DNA of 64,000 nt from an uncultured Collinsella sp. (GTDB lineage Bacteria > Actinomycetota > Coriobacteriia > Coriobacteriales > Coriobacteriaceae). Shown here piece by piece: positions 1-9,032 of the stretch (positions within the stretch are counted from its first letter, which is position 1; each line of letters begins with the position of its first letter). Made by a program: the position numbers and the translations under genes. Where the stretch lies: NCBI GenBank assembly GCA_905198355.1, contig CAJKCG010000001.1:52347-116346 (forward strand), given 5' to 3'. Below the pieces are notes generated by a model. It worked only from the letters and a program-made list of their open reading frames with translations, ran no database searches and had not been told where the DNA came from.

Positions 1-34
1 GACCCCCGTGGGGTTCAGTGCCGAGGCGCGTCCC

Positions 35-442
35 CTACCACGAGGTCGTTGCCCGAGGCTGTCTGTCGGGCACGGACGGGGGATTAATAACCGATGCGCG
101 ATCGTCCTTAAGTGCCTTGCACAGCGCGACGAACGTCTCGGGCGAGTTCCAGGCGGCGCGGCGCGAGGCGAGCGCGGACCGGACGGCCGAGACCTCGGCG
201 ACGCTGCGGGCGCGGCGCCAGTTGTTGCAGCAACGATGTGCGGCGGCGACGTTGTCACGGTCGAAGGGCGATCCGCCGCGGCTGACCGGGACGAGCTCGT
301 CGCACTCGAAAGCCCGGGGGTCGCCCGCAGGCACCCCGTAGTCTATGGGTAGCCCACATATCCAGCAGGGCCTACCCTGCGAGCGCAGCCACCGCACGAC
401 ATGGCGGCGTCGGGCGCCGTTGGCCTTGCGCGGGTTGCCCAT
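35..442 (-). CDS. HNH endonuclease (phage-type)
   Basis: 135 aa; CWICG...ECDELVP...AHRCCNNW HNH/zinc motif. Confidence 0.8.
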   Translation of the reverse strand: MGNPRKANGARRRHVVRWLRSQGRPCWICGLPIDYGVPAGDPRAFECDELVPVSRGGSPFDRDNVAAAHRCCNNWRRARSVAEVSAVRSALASRRAAWNSPETFVALCKALKDDRASVINPPSVPDRQPRATTSW

Positions 443-445
443 CCC

Positions 446-655
446 CTACCACTCCACCGGGGAGCGCCCTCGGTTGGACATACACGCCTCGATGCCCCCG
501 TAGCGCAGCGCCTCCAGGCGCACGCCCCCGGCACTCCCCGGTCGGCGGCGGGGCGCCGCCGTGACCCCCAGGGCGCGACGGAACGCCCACGCCATGACCG
601 TGTCGTGGCGGCGGGCGGATCGCGTGATGTACTCTCGGCTGACCACGGGCATCAT
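446..655 (-). CDS. hypothetical small phage protein
   Basis: 69 aa ORF abutting the HNH gene start on the same strand. Confidence 0.3.
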   Translation of the reverse strand: MMPVVSREYITRSARRHDTVMAWAFRRALGVTAAPRRRPGSAGGVRLEALRYGGIEACMSNRGRSPVEW

Positions 656-806
656 CCCCTATTGAATTAAACGGAATAGAAAGGCCGGAGTCCCTGAACT
701 GCTGAAGGGAACCCCGGCCACTCATCTGTGCTTCCACGCACATCCGACCCGCAAGCCGCGCGGGCGGCGCTGCGAATCGACACCCTAGTTATATCCCAAT
801 CGCAAT

Positions 807-906
807 GTGCAACGGTGTGCAATCGCGTGCAACTATAGGCAATCTCGTGCAATCGTAGGTAATCGCGTGCAATTGCATGCAACGGCGTGCAATCGCGTGC
901 AGCCTA
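807..906. repeat. 10 copies of GTGCAA(Y) at exact 10-bp periodicity (iteron-like protein-binding array)
   Basis: GTGCAA or a 1-nt variant starts at 807, 817, 827, 837, 847, 857, 867, 877, 887 and 897, in the intergenic region directly downstream of the late-activator gene. Confidence 0.8.
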
Positions 907-963
907 CAGATAGAGAGAAACCCGCCGGCGCGGAGCCGACGGGTCACGACAGAGATATATAAC

Positions 964-1416
964 TCAGACTGCAGCGCGGCCAAGACCCGATCGGGCGGCC
1001 GCCAGACCGACCATATCCGTCCAGTCCAGGGCGGCGCACAGGTCGGAGTTAACCGACCTCACCGACACGCCCAGAGTCCCCGCGATCTCCTGCAGCGTGC
1101 GATCCTCGCAGTATCGCAGCTCCAGCACGTCGCCCCAGCGCTTGCCCGGGTTGGCCGAGCGCACCCCTGCGCACAGCTCGCGGCCCCGCTCCACCTCATG
1201 CCGCAACTCGGACAGCTCCGCGCCGCTGCGGCGCTCGTAGTCGATCCGGTCGTCGGTGGACCTCATAAAGTCCGTCCCGTGCGCGCCCTTGCCCACGGCG
1301 TCGTAGCGCTGGGCGCGCACCTGCTCGCGCGCCTGCATCGACTCGATGACCGCCAGGCGGCGGTCGATGCCGCGCTGGGCGGCCCGTACAGTCTCCAGAT
1401 ATTCCCTTGCGTCCAT
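964..1416 (-). CDS. ArpU/RinA-like phage late transcriptional activator (sigma-70 region-4-like HTH)
   Basis: 150 aa; C-terminal LELRYCEDRTLQEIAGTLGVSVRSVNSDL resembles sigma region 4. Confidence 0.55.
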   Translation of the reverse strand: MDAREYLETVRAAQRGIDRRLAVIESMQAREQVRAQRYDAVGKGAHGTDFMRSTDDRIDYERRSGAELSELRHEVERGRELCAGVRSANPGKRWGDVLELRYCEDRTLQEIAGTLGVSVRSVNSDLCAALDWTDMVGLAAARSGLGRAAV

Positions 1417-1535
1417 GTGACCTCCCGCGTGGTACCATGCTCTACGCCATATAGAGGATGCCGGGAGGCGTCTTTGCCAAAGGCCGCCGGCGCTCCAACG
1501 CCAGCGGCCTTGATTATATATCTACCTGCGGTAAC

Positions 1536-1865
1536 TCAATATCTCATCGCGACCTCGCGGCGCATGGCCATAATCTCGTCGTGAGCCGGCCCAGTGGGCG
1601 CCAGGTAGCGGTCGACACTGTCGCGCTTCGGCTTGGCACCCTTGCGGCGGGCCTCCTTCGCGCGGTCCTGCTCGTGCTTGCGCCGACAGTCCTCCGAGCA
1701 GTACTTGGCCTTCGGCGCCTGCGGGATGAAGATCCTCCCGCAGACTGCGCAGTTCCTCTCCTGCACGTCCCACATCACGGTCATCTCATCGGCCTCCTGC
1801 ACCTGCGGGCGCGCCGCGCCTCGATACTCTTGCGCACTCGGCGGTTCTCGATGATTATCCGCCAC
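1536..1865 (-). CDS. small zinc-ribbon protein
   Basis: 109 aa; CAVCG...CSEDC pairs; basic C-terminal tail. Confidence 0.5.
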   Translation of the reverse strand: MADNHREPPSAQEYRGAARPQVQEADEMTVMWDVQERNCAVCGRIFIPQAPKAKYCSEDCRRKHEQDRAKEARRKGAKPKRDSVDRYLAPTGPAHDEIMAMRREVAMRY

Positions 1866-2090
1866 AACCTCTCAAACAACCTCATCGCTTAGCCTTCCTC
1901 GACCTCTTGAGCGCACGGGCCCGGTCGCGTTCCAGCGCACGCGCCCTCCGCTCCGTCTCCCCGATCTGCGCCGACGTCACCCGCGGCGCGTCGGCCCGTC
2001 CATGCACGAGCGCCCGGCGCGCAGGACCCGACACCATATCGGGCACCGTGCGCCAGGCGGTTGCGCGGAACAAGTCGGTCGCCGAGCGGA

Positions 2091-2306
2091 TCACCGGCCG
2101 TTCCAGCTGTTCGCGAGCATGGCGACGGCCTCTTTTTGCGGCGTCGCCATCAAGCTCCCCCACGCGATGCTGTTGGACATCCCGCAGGAGGGACACGTCA
2201 CGCTCATCACATTGGGCCGGTCCAGGGAACGCTCACGCACGTCCTCCACCTTAGGCTCGGCCCCGCACCTGGGGCACGCCTTGAACTCGGCATCGTTAAA
2301 GGTCAC
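2091..2306 (-). CDS. Lar-like zinc-ribbon protein (restriction-alleviation family candidate)
   Basis: 71 aa; CPRCG...CPSCG. Size and motif fit the Lar family. Confidence 0.45.
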   Translation of the reverse strand: MTFNDAEFKACPRCGAEPKVEDVRERSLDRPNVMSVTCPSCGMSNSIAWGSLMATPQKEAVAMLANSWNGR

Positions 2307-2553
2307 AGCTCTCTCCCATCTCTCTGAACTCGGCCTCGTAGCACCTCGGGCAGACGGCGTAGCCGAACCCGAGGTCGTTGTGGATCAGCCGCGATGTATA
2401 GCTCTCGCCGAACGCGAGCTCGCACCCGCACTCCGCGCAGTCGACCACATTCGAGAAGTCATCCGCGCACACGCTCGCGCCGTCCGGCACGCGCCAGTCC
2501 CTATACCCGGACCGCGCCGGCACCCACCTAATCGCCCGTTTCATAGAACACAT
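2296..2553 (-). CDS. cysteine-rich small protein
   Basis: 85 aa; CAECGC...CPRC. Confidence 0.4.
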   Translation of the reverse strand: MCSMKRAIRWVPARSGYRDWRVPDGASVCADDFSNVVDCAECGCELAFGESYTSRLIHNDLGFGYAVCPRCYEAEFREMGESCDL

Positions 2554-3016
2554 CTCCCGTCGTGCGCCATCTCGAGTACGAGTCCATCAGCATCGCCCAG
2601 AGCAGGCAGAGCGTCGAATCTTCTCTCAGGCTCTTCACGGCTTGCATCTGAAGGTCATACGTAAGCCGCAGTGCGCCGCCGTCGTCGGGGCAGTAGACCT
2701 GCACGCCGAACGGCAGGAGCCGCTCATCGTACAGCTTGTGCGCGAGGTCGCGGGGGCACACGAGCCAGTTCTGGTCGCCGTGAAACGTGAGGCCGTGGCC
2801 GCTCTTGAAGTCCGCCATGCAAGATTTGACCTCAACGAAGACGAACCTCCCGTGCTCGAGCGCCGCGTTCCGTCCGCCGCTGCCGGGAGAGAAGGCCACG
2901 AAGTCGACCCTATGGTCAGGATCGACCCAGACTTCCTGCGCGACAAGGGCGAACTGCCTTCGGAGCTTCTTCTCAACCTTCTCGGACAGCTCTTTAGTCA
3001 CGTCTCCGCGCGTCAT
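2528..3016 (-). CDS. hypothetical protein, possible PD-(D/E)xK nuclease fold
   Basis: 162 aa; VDFVAF...FVEVKS motif. Overlapping start/stop with neighbouring genes. Confidence 0.4.
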   Translation of the reverse strand: MTRGDVTKELSEKVEKKLRRQFALVAQEVWVDPDHRVDFVAFSPGSGGRNAALEHGRFVFVEVKSCMADFKSGHGLTFHGDQNWLVCPRDLAHKLYDERLLPFGVQVYCPDDGGALRLTYDLQMQAVKSLREDSTLCLLWAMLMDSYSRWRTTGDVFYETGD

Positions 3017-3428
3017 CTAAAAACTCCTTCATCGCGTTGTACCTATTGATTTCTCTGGATATCTTCCAGCGGCCAAACTCATGTGCGGATTCATCTCGCA
3101 ACGAGCAGGGACCTACCATAATCTCGTCATCTACGGCGAAAAACTCTTGGTCGTACTGAAATATCAAGAAGTGCTCAACGGCGTTATGATCGGGAAGGTC
3201 GGCAAAGCAGTGCCCGTGACCGTTAAGGACGTACACCCTTGGAAGCGGATGTTCCAAGCGCACAATGTTCGCCTCCTTGTTTTCCAGCAGGTTTACGAAG
3301 CCACGCTTGACGCCCCCGACAAACGCGAGTTTATCCAAGTAGGTCTCGGCCTGTCGGATTGTCTCGAATCGACAGGTCGACATCTCTGTGATTCCAGTCC
3401 GCGTGTCTGTAACCTCGATCGCGTACAT
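2994..3428 (-). CDS. hypothetical phage protein
   Basis: 144 aa ORF in a co-directional overlapping gene train. Confidence 0.4.
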   Translation of the reverse strand: MYAIEVTDTRTGITEMSTCRFETIRQAETYLDKLAFVGGVKRGFVNLLENKEANIVRLEHPLPRVYVLNGHGHCFADLPDHNAVEHFLIFQYDQEFFAVDDEIMVGPCSLRDESAHEFGRWKISREINRYNAMKEFLDDARRRD

Positions 3429-3646
3429 CAGTCCTCCCCTCCCAGAAAACTAGGCACCAGCGCCGCGACCATGGCGACGGTCTCGAGTGTGGTCATCGCG
3501 TCCGCGATTTCATGGCAGCAGCCGAGGACCTCAACGTCATCGACCGCAACTGGGTCTTTGCCCTCAATCGCGCTCAGCACGTCGCGAGCGTTGGCGGCGA
3601 TATCGTTAATCAGATACGTCTTCGTTTTCGCATAGATCTCGTGCAC
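3428..3646 (-). CDS. hypothetical small protein
   Basis: 72 aa ORF; stop/start overlap with neighbours. Confidence 0.3.
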   Translation of the reverse strand: MHEIYAKTKTYLINDIAANARDVLSAIEGKDPVAVDDVEVLGCCHEIADAMTTLETVAMVAALVPSFLGGED

Positions 3647-3916
3647 CTAAAGCTCCTCTCCGCAGAACGGGCAGTACTTGACCCCATGGGCGTAACCATC
3701 AACGTAAATCGGAATCTTTACATGCTCGAAGTGCTCAACGCCGCACACCGACATGCTCGAGACCGAGACCATCGCACTTGCGTCCAATTCGATATGAATA
3801 TCGGATTCGCCAGCGCCATACCGCGTGAGAACTATAGCCCCCGCAGCCTTCCCCTCTCCTCGGGGCCGATCGTCTATGCCCGCTGCGCCCATCATGTTGC
3901 AGAAACTACAGCTCAT
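3647..3916 (-). CDS. zinc-ribbon protein (start trimmed from the ORF-track call)
   Basis: C-terminal CGVEHFEH...YCPFCGEEL. The longer ORF would overlap the upstream gene by 160 nt, so an internal ATG was chosen. Confidence 0.4.
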   Translation of the reverse strand: MSCSFCNMMGAAGIDDRPRGEGKAAGAIVLTRYGAGESDIHIELDASAMVSVSSMSVCGVEHFEHVKIPIYVDGYAHGVKYCPFCGEEL

Positions 3917-4346
3917 CAAAACTACCTCCGTCCCAGCCATCAGGCATGTCCTCCATGCGGCGGCGCGTCCTATACGTGCGCACGGTGGTAATTTCGACCT
4001 CGAATGCGCGCCCACATGCCGGGCACTCGATTTCGTCCTCACCCTCGTCGTACTCCCACGGGTCACTGATAGAGTTCTCGCAGTAGGGGCAGATCAGGCG
4101 TTCCTCAGCGAACTGCTCGTTCCGCCACTTGTACGAGATCTGGGCCTTCCTGGAGCACTCATCGCATGTCGAGGACCCCTGTTCGCCTAAAATCGCCGCC
4201 ACCGAAGGCGACCACTCGTGATAGTTCGGTGTCGGCTTCCCGCACACAGAGCAGGTGTACATCTTTGCCTCCCCACTCATCTCGTGCTCCATTCCTTCTC
4301 GATTGACCTCTCCTCCGCGACCATGATCAGCGCCTTGTTGAGGCAT
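3906..4346 (-). CDS. multi-zinc-ribbon protein
   Basis: 146 aa; CSVCG, CDEC, CPYC, CPAC motifs. Confidence 0.5.
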   Translation of the reverse strand: MPQQGADHGRGGEVNREGMEHEMSGEAKMYTCSVCGKPTPNYHEWSPSVAAILGEQGSSTCDECSRKAQISYKWRNEQFAEERLICPYCENSISDPWEYDEGEDEIECPACGRAFEVEITTVRTYRTRRRMEDMPDGWDGGSFDEL

Positions 4347-4483
4347 CGCCTCGCCTGGCGCAGCTCATCGCAGATGTCGCACCCCTGTCGCAGCCTGTCG
4401 CACTCCCTGAGCGACCTCTTGGCGTCCTCGAGCCTGCCGATGGCGAGGTCGATCCAGTCGGCGGGTCCGCACACGTAGCTCAT
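4277..4483 (-). CDS. hypothetical small protein (start trimmed)
   Basis: Plausible 68-aa product MSYVCGPADWIDL... The upstream half of the ORF is Arg-rich frame noise. ATGA overlap with the next gene. Confidence 0.35.
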   Translation of the reverse strand: MSYVCGPADWIDLAIGRLEDAKRSLRECDRLRQGCDICDELRQARRCLNKALIMVAEERSIEKEWSTR

Positions 4484-4851
4484 CGCGACTCGCCCCTCAC
4501 GCCGAAGACTTCCGCGAGGATGTCGCCGGGCGCGGCCACGAACGGATCCGCGCTGATCGGGTCGTACATGACCTCCAGATAGTCGGGATAGCCATCGGTT
4601 ATGCCCACGGTCCGGACCTTCATCTCGGTCTCCTCGCCGTCGTCGGCGGAATCGTCGGGCTCGAGCGCGGGCAGGCACTGGTAGCCCCAGATCACGCTCA
4701 CCTCGTGCTCGTCCAGGATGGTCTTGGTGCGCTCGATTCGCATCCGGTGGCAGCCCACCGGCCCCGTGTCGTACGTGTCGTCGGCCCAGGGGATCTGGTG
4801 CCTGTCGAGGGCATCACGGTAGGCCCTCATCACCGCTGAGATCTCGGTCAA
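4480..4851 (-). CDS. hypothetical phage protein
   Basis: 123 aa; 4-nt overlap with neighbours. Confidence 0.45.
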   Translation of the reverse strand: MTEISAVMRAYRDALDRHQIPWADDTYDTGPVGCHRMRIERTKTILDEHEVSVIWGYQCLPALEPDDSADDGEETEMKVRTVGITDGYPDYLEVMYDPISADPFVAAPGDILAEVFGVRGESR

Positions 4852-5237
4852 AGCCTCTCTCGCTTTCTCTCTTCGGACAATATGGCATTAATTGCGGCCT
4901 CGGCCTCCTCGGCCGTGCCGCCTGTGCCGTCTAGCGGCGGAAACCCCAGCGCCTGCTGCCCTAACTCCGCCGCGCCCGTTGGCACACTATTGACACACCT
5001 GCGCTCCGGGTCCTCGCCCTCCGGCTTTTTGCCGCCCGCGATGGCGGCGACCCTCTCGTACAGGTCGGCGCGCTGCGCCTCGCGCGCCTCCGTGTCGTGG
5101 AGCTCCTGCTCCTTGGTCAGCCGGGCGGCATCCCCGTGCGACATGACGTTTGCCATGTAGATCCGCGTCAGGTCGAGCGGGCGGCCGTGGGCGGGGTCGG
5201 CCTTCTCGTTCTCGAGCATCTCCCAAAGGGTGATCAT
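4848..5237 (-). CDS. hypothetical phage protein
   Basis: 129 aa; 4-nt overlaps on both sides. Confidence 0.45.
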   Translation of the reverse strand: MITLWEMLENEKADPAHGRPLDLTRIYMANVMSHGDAARLTKEQELHDTEAREAQRADLYERVAAIAGGKKPEGEDPERRCVNSVPTGAAELGQQALGFPPLDGTGGTAEEAEAAINAILSEERKRERL

Positions 5238-5920
5238 GACGCCTCACCCAGCTCGCGCCTGAGTTCGACTATGCGCTCCGCATCAGTCTTCACGGGCTTC
5301 CACACGGACGCCCGCTCGACCTCCTGGGAGGTCTGCCCGCCCCGCGCCTTGCGGTCCGCGTCGAAGCCGACCTGCTTGCGGCTCCAGTTGCGGGCGAGCG
5401 CCCACACGTCGGTCACGGGCAGGCCGCTCGGCAGCGTCCAGCCCTGTGCTGTGTAGTGGTCGAAGAACTGACGGGGGTCGCCGCGCAGGCAGTTGGCGGC
5501 GAAGTAGGCCTCGACGTCCTCCATCGAGGGCGGGTCGAAGTCGTCGGGGGCTTGGCGGGCCGCGCTATAACCCGCAAGGGTTATCTCCTTCTCCTTCTCC
5601 TTCTCCTTCTGTTGGTTACCCTGTTGGGTAGCCCCTTGGCTACCCCCTTGGCTACCCCCTTGGCTACCCCCTTGGCAAGGCACCCGACCGGAAGACTTGG
5701 CGGCCCTTGCGCGGCCGCCCATGCTGCCGTTCACCATGGCGTCGATGCGCCCCCTTGCGAAGCTGAAGGCCGCCATGGTCGCCGGCTTCAGCTTGGGCTC
5801 GACGCCCTCGTAGCCGTAGCGCAGCATCGCCCAGGCGAGCGCCATGCCCTCCCTGTCGCCGAGCGCGCGGCAGCCCTCGTAGAAGTCGCGGTTGAAGTTG
5901 AACTTATCCATCCATGTCAC
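5234..5920 (-). CDS. phage protein with low-complexity repeat linker (possible replication organiser)
   Basis: 228 aa; central QGGSQGGSQGGSQG and KEKEKEKE are encoded by in-frame 12-bp and 6-bp tandem DNA repeats at 5570-5690. Confidence 0.45.
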   Translation of the reverse strand: MTWMDKFNFNRDFYEGCRALGDREGMALAWAMLRYGYEGVEPKLKPATMAAFSFARGRIDAMVNGSMGGRARAAKSSGRVPCQGGSQGGSQGGSQGATQQGNQQKEKEKEKEITLAGYSAARQAPDDFDPPSMEDVEAYFAANCLRGDPRQFFDHYTAQGWTLPSGLPVTDVWALARNWSRKQVGFDADRKARGGQTSQEVERASVWKPVKTDAERIVELRRELGEAS

Positions 5921-7067
5921 CTCCGTAGATCGAATCGGTGAAGGCCGCGGCGGCCTCCCTGTCGCGGCCCGGCAGCACCGAGCCGTATATCTCGAGCGTC
6001 GTCTTGACGTTCGCGTGCCCCAGGCGCTCCTGCACCAGGCGCATGTCCCACCCGTGCGTGAGCAGCCACGTGGCGTGCGTGTGCCTGAGCGTGTGGAAGA
6101 CCGTCTCCCCGGGCAGCTCGAGCTCGCGCGCGATCGCCTTGAACCGGGCCGTCACGGTCGACGGCCTCGCGAGCCCTCCCGCGGGCCCGAAGGTGATCAG
6201 GGGCGCGGCCGGCCCCTTGCGGACGAGCCACGTGTCCTGCCACGCCAGGTGGCGCTCCAGCTGCGCCTCGACCGCCGGCGGGATCGAGACGTTCCGCGAG
6301 CGCTTGCCCTTAGTGAAGGGCTGCCTGTGCAGGCTGGGCTTCTCGACGGCCTGCCCGGCTACGTGGATGTCGTGCAGTGAGCGGCGCCAGTCGCGGCGCT
6401 GCAGGCCGCAGACCTCCCCGACCCGCATGCCCGTGTGGAGCGCGAGGAAGACCGCCATGGCCTCGGTGCGCCGGGCGATGTTGGCGCCCGTGGCGTCGCG
6501 CGAGGACATGGCGGACACCATCGCGCGGGACAGCCCGTCCGCATCGAGCTCGGACAGGGCGAACGGCTCCCCGGGTTTCACCTTGGGGGCCGGGACCTCG
6601 AGCATGACGTTGTAGCCGATGACATGGCGCCACTTCCCGTACGCGACCTTGAGCAGCGAGTGCATGAGCCGCACGGTCTTGGGCGACAGCCCCTTGCCCG
6701 TCCTGGGCGCGAGCAGCGTGCGGTACGCCGCCGACACGTCCCACGGCTGCAGCTGGTCGTAGGGGATGCGCCCGATGGTCGGCTCCACCATCGTCCTGAC
6801 CGCGCTGCGGTAGGCCGCGACGGAGTTGTCGGACAGGTTGTTGACGGGGTCGGAGATATAGGTCTCGAGCATCGATGACAGGCGCTTGGAGCTGTCCTGC
6901 GCCGAGGAGGGGATATAGGTCGCGACCCATTTGTCGCACTCGGCCTGGGCCTGTTCGCGGGGCAGGTCCCCGTCCCAGGACTTATACGGCCTGATCCGCC
7001 TGCCCGTGGCGCGGTCGGTGCCCATGTAGGGGCGGGCGAACCAGCGGCCGTCCGCCCCGCGCTGCAC
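5904..7067 (-). CDS. tyrosine recombinase/integrase (Int1)
   Basis: C-terminal HTLRHTHATWLLTHG...LGHANVKTTLEIY catalytic box. N-terminal ...QRGADGRWFARPY arm-type motif. GTG start at 7067 chosen (ATG alternative at 7025). The first ~100 aa of the long ORF are frame noise. Confidence 0.8.
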   Translation of the reverse strand: MQRGADGRWFARPYMGTDRATGRRIRPYKSWDGDLPREQAQAECDKWVATYIPSSAQDSSKRLSSMLETYISDPVNNLSDNSVAAYRSAVRTMVEPTIGRIPYDQLQPWDVSAAYRTLLAPRTGKGLSPKTVRLMHSLLKVAYGKWRHVIGYNVMLEVPAPKVKPGEPFALSELDADGLSRAMVSAMSSRDATGANIARRTEAMAVFLALHTGMRVGEVCGLQRRDWRRSLHDIHVAGQAVEKPSLHRQPFTKGKRSRNVSIPPAVEAQLERHLAWQDTWLVRKGPAAPLITFGPAGGLARPSTVTARFKAIARELELPGETVFHTLRHTHATWLLTHGWDMRLVQERLGHANVKTTLEIYGSVLPGRDREAAAAFTDSIYGGDMDG

Positions 7068-7083
7068 GACCGCCCGGCGCTCG

Positions 7084-7437
7084 CTAGGAGAGATCACTGG
7101 CGGCGAGCTCCTTAGCGATACGCGCGGTCCTGTCGCGGTCGTCGAGGTCGATATCCAGGAGCAGCTCGCCCGCGTCGGACGGGCTGACCGCCGCGAGCAT
7201 GACCTGCCCCCTTGCCTCGGTCTCATCGATCCCAAGGTTAACCATGACCCTGACGGACTCGCTGACGAGGCGCCGCATGATCCCGAGAGCGGTGCGCTGA
7301 TCCATGTAGCCTCCCGCAAAGACCAAAACGCCATCATCGACATCTCCGGCGCAGACGAGGCCATTCACCTCGAACTCGACGGGCTCGACGTTCTCGCGCT
7401 CGATCGTCACCTTCACCTTCGGCTCCTCGCTACTCAT
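7084..7437 (-). CDS. small acidic protein, paralogue A (MSSEE...)
   Basis: 117 aa; shares its N-terminal MSSE(E/D)..V.VT motif with the next gene. Confidence 0.4.
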   Translation of the reverse strand: MSSEEPKVKVTIERENVEPVEFEVNGLVCAGDVDDGVLVFAGGYMDQRTALGIMRRLVSESVRVMVNLGIDETEARGQVMLAAVSPSDAGELLLDIDLDDRDRTARIAKELAASDLS

Positions 7438-7786
7438 CCTTCTCCTCCTTGCCGGACTTCTCGTCCATGTCGATGTCGAGGTCGTAGCGGATCGCGCTCC
7501 GCTCTTCCTCCTCCGGGAACCCGCAGTGCACCGCGGCGTAGACGAGCTCGATGCGCATGGCGTCCATGGGGATGCCGGCGCGGACTCCGGCAGATAGCAG
7601 CTCCGAGAGGGCTGCTTCCGCGAGAACCCGAATCGACTTCGAGTCGAAGGTGCCGACGTGAAGCGATGGACCAGGCTTACCGTCGGCCGCCACCGTTGCC
7701 ACCATTGCCTCGCGGCAGAGGATGGAGCACTCGCGCCCCCTGGCCCTCACCGTCACCGTGACGTAGTTCTCATCCTCGCTACTCAT
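7430..7786 (-). CDS. small acidic protein, paralogue B (start trimmed to MSSEDENY)
   Basis: Tandem paralogue of 7084-7437; acidic C-terminal tail. Confidence 0.4.
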   Translation of the reverse strand: MSSEDENYVTVTVRARGRECSILCREAMVATVAADGKPGPSLHVGTFDSKSIRVLAEAALSELLSAGVRAGIPMDAMRIELVYAAVHCGFPEEEERSAIRYDLDIDMDEKSGKEEKDE

Positions 7787-9017
7787 CCTTCTCCTCCTCC
7801 TGGACACTCGCATTCACCCTCGCCATGAGCCACTCGTCGTCCCCGCCGGGCTCGAAGCCCGCCGAGCGGAACAGCTTCCAGTGGTCGAGCCATTCCCCGG
7901 CATCGTCGCCGCTATAGCTGCTGTTGAGCCGGACCATGTCCCTCGCCACCGACATCAGCCGCAGCCCCGCCTCGAACTCGCTGGGCCTTGAGGCCCCGAG
8001 GCGCTCCATGAACTCCTCGCGGACGCGCTCGCCGGCCTCGGTGCCGCCATCGCCCATCGCGTCGAAGGCCACGACCGGCTCCCCGCGGCGCTCGTGCACG
8101 AGGCCCTTGAGCTCCTCGGGCATGCCAAACGCGCCCGACGCGACGAAGCCGACCATGCGCCCGTACATGTCCTTGAGCGCGGCTTCCTCGCGCTCGGCCT
8201 CCTGCTCGGCTCGAATCTCCTCCTCGGTCTTCTCTGGCTCGGCGCCCGAGCCGTCATCCGGCCTGTAGAGCTCCCAGTAGTTGTCCTTCCGCACGGCCAC
8301 GAAGCCAGTGACATCTATCCCCTTGAGCTTCTCGGCGACAGTTCCGAGGTTGGCCCAGTACACGTAGGCGAAATCCTTGGGCACCTCCTTCACCACCGGG
8401 ATGCCCGCATCGCCGAAGGCGTCGTAGTCCTCGGCCTTGGCCTCCTCGCGCTCGTTGCGGCGGCGGATGCTGTCGGCCTTGCCCGCCCAGCCGTCACCCG
8501 CGGCGAGGACCGCCTCAACATCCTTCTCGTCGTCGAAGGCGGACGCCGCCTCGAGCTGGTCGAGCGTCACCTGCCGGCCCTCGATACTCCCGCGCAGCCT
8601 GCGCGCAGCCCGGATCTGCCCGGCGGTGGCTCGGCTCGCGCGCTCGATGCGCTGCTCGTCGACGCCAAGCACGAGCATCTGCTGCACGCCGCGTGCGCGC
8701 TCCGCCTCGGTCAGCTGGCGCTTGTCGTCGGTGGCGAGCATGGCCACGAGCTCGTTGGCCTCGTCCATGCTCTCCGCCACCAGCGCGGAGACCTCGCGGT
8801 CCTCCCCGTAGATGGACGACAGCGCGCGGTAGCGGCGCTCGCCGTCGACGATACGGAACACGTTGCCGTCCGCCACGACCACGGGCGGGTTCAGCGGCTC
8901 GCCGCCGGTCGCCTCGATGCTGCGGGCCAGGGCGCCGATGTCGCCGAAGTCCTCGCGCGGGTTCTGCTCACTCGGGCGGATGTCGCCCAGGCGAACCTGC
9001 CTCTTCTCAAACTGCAT
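7779..9017 (-). CDS. ParB/Srx N-terminal domain protein (ParB-like nuclease/partition family)
   Basis: 412 aa; N-terminal IRPSEQNPRED...VVVADGNVFRIVDGERRYRA matches the ParB N-terminal domain. Long acidic C-terminus. Confidence 0.6.
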   Translation of the reverse strand: MQFEKRQVRLGDIRPSEQNPREDFGDIGALARSIEATGGEPLNPPVVVADGNVFRIVDGERRYRALSSIYGEDREVSALVAESMDEANELVAMLATDDKRQLTEAERARGVQQMLVLGVDEQRIERASRATAGQIRAARRLRGSIEGRQVTLDQLEAASAFDDEKDVEAVLAAGDGWAGKADSIRRRNEREEAKAEDYDAFGDAGIPVVKEVPKDFAYVYWANLGTVAEKLKGIDVTGFVAVRKDNYWELYRPDDGSGAEPEKTEEEIRAEQEAEREEAALKDMYGRMVGFVASGAFGMPEELKGLVHERRGEPVVAFDAMGDGGTEAGERVREEFMERLGASRPSEFEAGLRLMSVARDMVRLNSSYSGDDAGEWLDHWKLFRSAGFEPGGDDEWLMARVNASVQEEEKDE

Positions 9018-9032
9018 GCCATATCCTCCTGA

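Noticed and set aside
807-906. possible CRISPR array
   Set aside because: The period is 10 bp with no spacers, far too short for CRISPR. It is a binding-site array.
7025-7364. N-terminal ~100-aa extension of the Int1 ORF
   Set aside because: The Ser/Arg-rich segment has no integrase similarity. The arm-binding-like motif begins at the GTG at 7067.
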